A stretch of DNA of 63,961 nucleotides, the filler included, from Lama guanicoe (lineage: Eukaryota): assembly GCA_013239625.1 (NCBI GenBank). It is 208 parts of 208 records of this genome, joined end to end, with 100 filler letters (N's around TTAATTAATTAA, not from the genome) between each part and the next. Parts side by side here need not be neighbours in the genome. Positions count along the whole stretch, not along the records: positions 62,831 to 63,038 come from PNXV01034989.1; positions 63,139 to 63,346 come from PNXV01034990.1; positions 63,447 to 63,654 come from PNXV01034991.1; positions 63,755 to 63,961 come from PNXV01034992.1; 204 more parts are not named here. The stretch is one strand, 5' to 3'. The position numbers and the translations under genes were made by a program. The notes beneath the pieces are model-generated. The model saw only the letters and a list, made by a program, of their open reading frames with translations, did no database searches and was not told the origin of the DNA. How positions within the stretch are numbered: the first letter of the stretch is position 1; every line of letters begins with the position of its first letter. Positions 62,731 to 63,961 of the stretch are shown piece after piece.

Positions 62731-63754
62731 NNNNNNNNNNNNNNNNNNNNNNNNNNNNNNNNNNNNNNNNNNNNTTAATTAATTAANNNNNNNNNNNNNN
62801 NNNNNNNNNNNNNNNNNNNNNNNNNNNNNNAGATTTGTTTCCTTAGATGGTTTCACTGTGATTTTTTTCTTAATCAGATTTGAGAAGAATTGATTTTTAG
62901 TCATTTCTGTAGCAACAGTGTATTGTTTTTGTTACATTATTCTTGGGTTGCTAATTGGACGCAAAGATTGAAAACTACAAACTAGTAATAAATAATTACG
63001 AATTATTCATTGCTGTTCTAAGGGCCTGAAATATTTTANNNNNNNNNNNNNNNNNNNNNNNNNNNNNNNNNNNNNNNNNNNNTTAATTAATTAANNNNNN
63101 NNNNNNNNNNNNNNNNNNNNNNNNNNNNNNNNNNNNNNTGCTTTTAGAATGTATATCTGGTTTTGCTGAAGTTTATAAGAAGGCCCCAAGAGATAGAAAC
63201 TTGTGCTTTGTCTTTCTGCTATTCTTTGTTTCTTCAGAATTCTCTGCCTGGATCTCTGGGTGTTGTCTGCACCCTCAGAGCCAGAGCTTCCATTGTGCTT
63301 AGCTCACATTGTGTGGAAGAGATGTCCTTGGTTTTCCTGGGGAAGANNNNNNNNNNNNNNNNNNNNNNNNNNNNNNNNNNNNNNNNNNNNTTAATTAATT
63401 AANNNNNNNNNNNNNNNNNNNNNNNNNNNNNNNNNNNNNNNNNNNNTTATTTTTACAGCCAATTTGAATTAAAATTATATTGCTTCCCCAAAAAGGCACC
63501 CTTACCAATACCATCCTGGAAGCATACATAATAAGGCCAAGATAGCTCCTTCCAAAGAGCAACATAAACAAAGCCCTGCCTAAATCAACTTGTTTTATGA
63601 AAAGGAAGAATTGAGTTTTAAAGTTGGAAATTTGTTTAAATCATGAACATAGTGNNNNNNNNNNNNNNNNNNNNNNNNNNNNNNNNNNNNNNNNNNNNTT
63701 AATTAATTAANNNNNNNNNNNNNNNNNNNNNNNNNNNNNNNNNNNNNNNNNNNN

Positions 63755-63961
63755 ATTCCAAGTTCTGAATTCAGGATTTTGTATTCTGTATTCTATATTT
63801 TGTGTTCTACATTCGCTATTCTACATTCGATATTCTGTATTCTGTATTCTAAATTATAAATTGTATTCTGCATTCCATGTTCTAAATTCTGGTTTCTGAA
63901 ATTTGTATTCTACATTCTCTATTCTGTATTCTATATTCTATATTCTGTGTTCTACATTCTA
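63755..63961 (-). repeat. Degenerate heptamer satellite (ATTCTAT/ATTCTGT)n, same family as 31725..31932
   Basis: 7-bp periodicity; reverse complement of the AGAATAT repeat. Confidence 0.9.

Larger units (their letters stand above)
209..63754. other. Synthetic contig-joining spacers (207 copies of N44-TTAATTAATTAA-N44, period 308 bp); first copy 209..308, last 63655..63754
   Basis: Invariant 100-bp block between all fragments. The palindromic 12-mer has TAA in all three frames on both strands and contains PacI sites. The window length fits 208 fragments plus 207 spacers, minus 3 bp. Confidence 0.99.

Noticed and set aside
680..63402. ORF track entries as a family of small proteins ending in LIN
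   Set aside because: The X runs and LIN ending are translations of the N padding and linker. Many ORFs use non-ATG starts and pass the length cut-off only because of the Ns.
209..63754. Regular repeat-spacer pattern as a CRISPR-like or other novel array
   Set aside because: The repeat is a 12-mer embedded in fixed N padding, a bioinformatic linker. The intervening pieces are ordinary mammalian DNA, and no cas genes or leader are present.

Overview
This window is not contiguous genome. It is an artificial concatenation of 208 short assembly contigs (205 of 208 bp, three of 207 bp), each separated by a 100-bp synthetic spacer (N44-TTAATTAATTAA-N44) that stops translation in all six frames. Nearly every ORF in the supplied track runs into this spacer and is an artefact. 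The inserts are unlinked mammalian genomic fragments. tRNA-derived SINEs of the camelid Vic-1 type point to a camel, alpaca or llama. Content is mostly LINE-1, L2, MIR, LTR and DNA-transposon relics, plus satellites and several CpG-island pieces, one of which I recognise as the EZH2 promoter and non-coding exon 1. The most informative hidden structure is: (i) five near-identical contig pairs, each with exactly 49 identical bases at both ends, i.e. de Bruijn bubble arms carrying dense real variation; (ii) a ~266-bp satellite whose monomer can be rebuilt from permuted fragments, with both close and diverged copies; (iii) a 7-bp-based satellite and a ~19-bp minisatellite; (iv) a few candidate orphan exons. 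I find no support for a novel biological system, and the regular spacer array is not a CRISPR.
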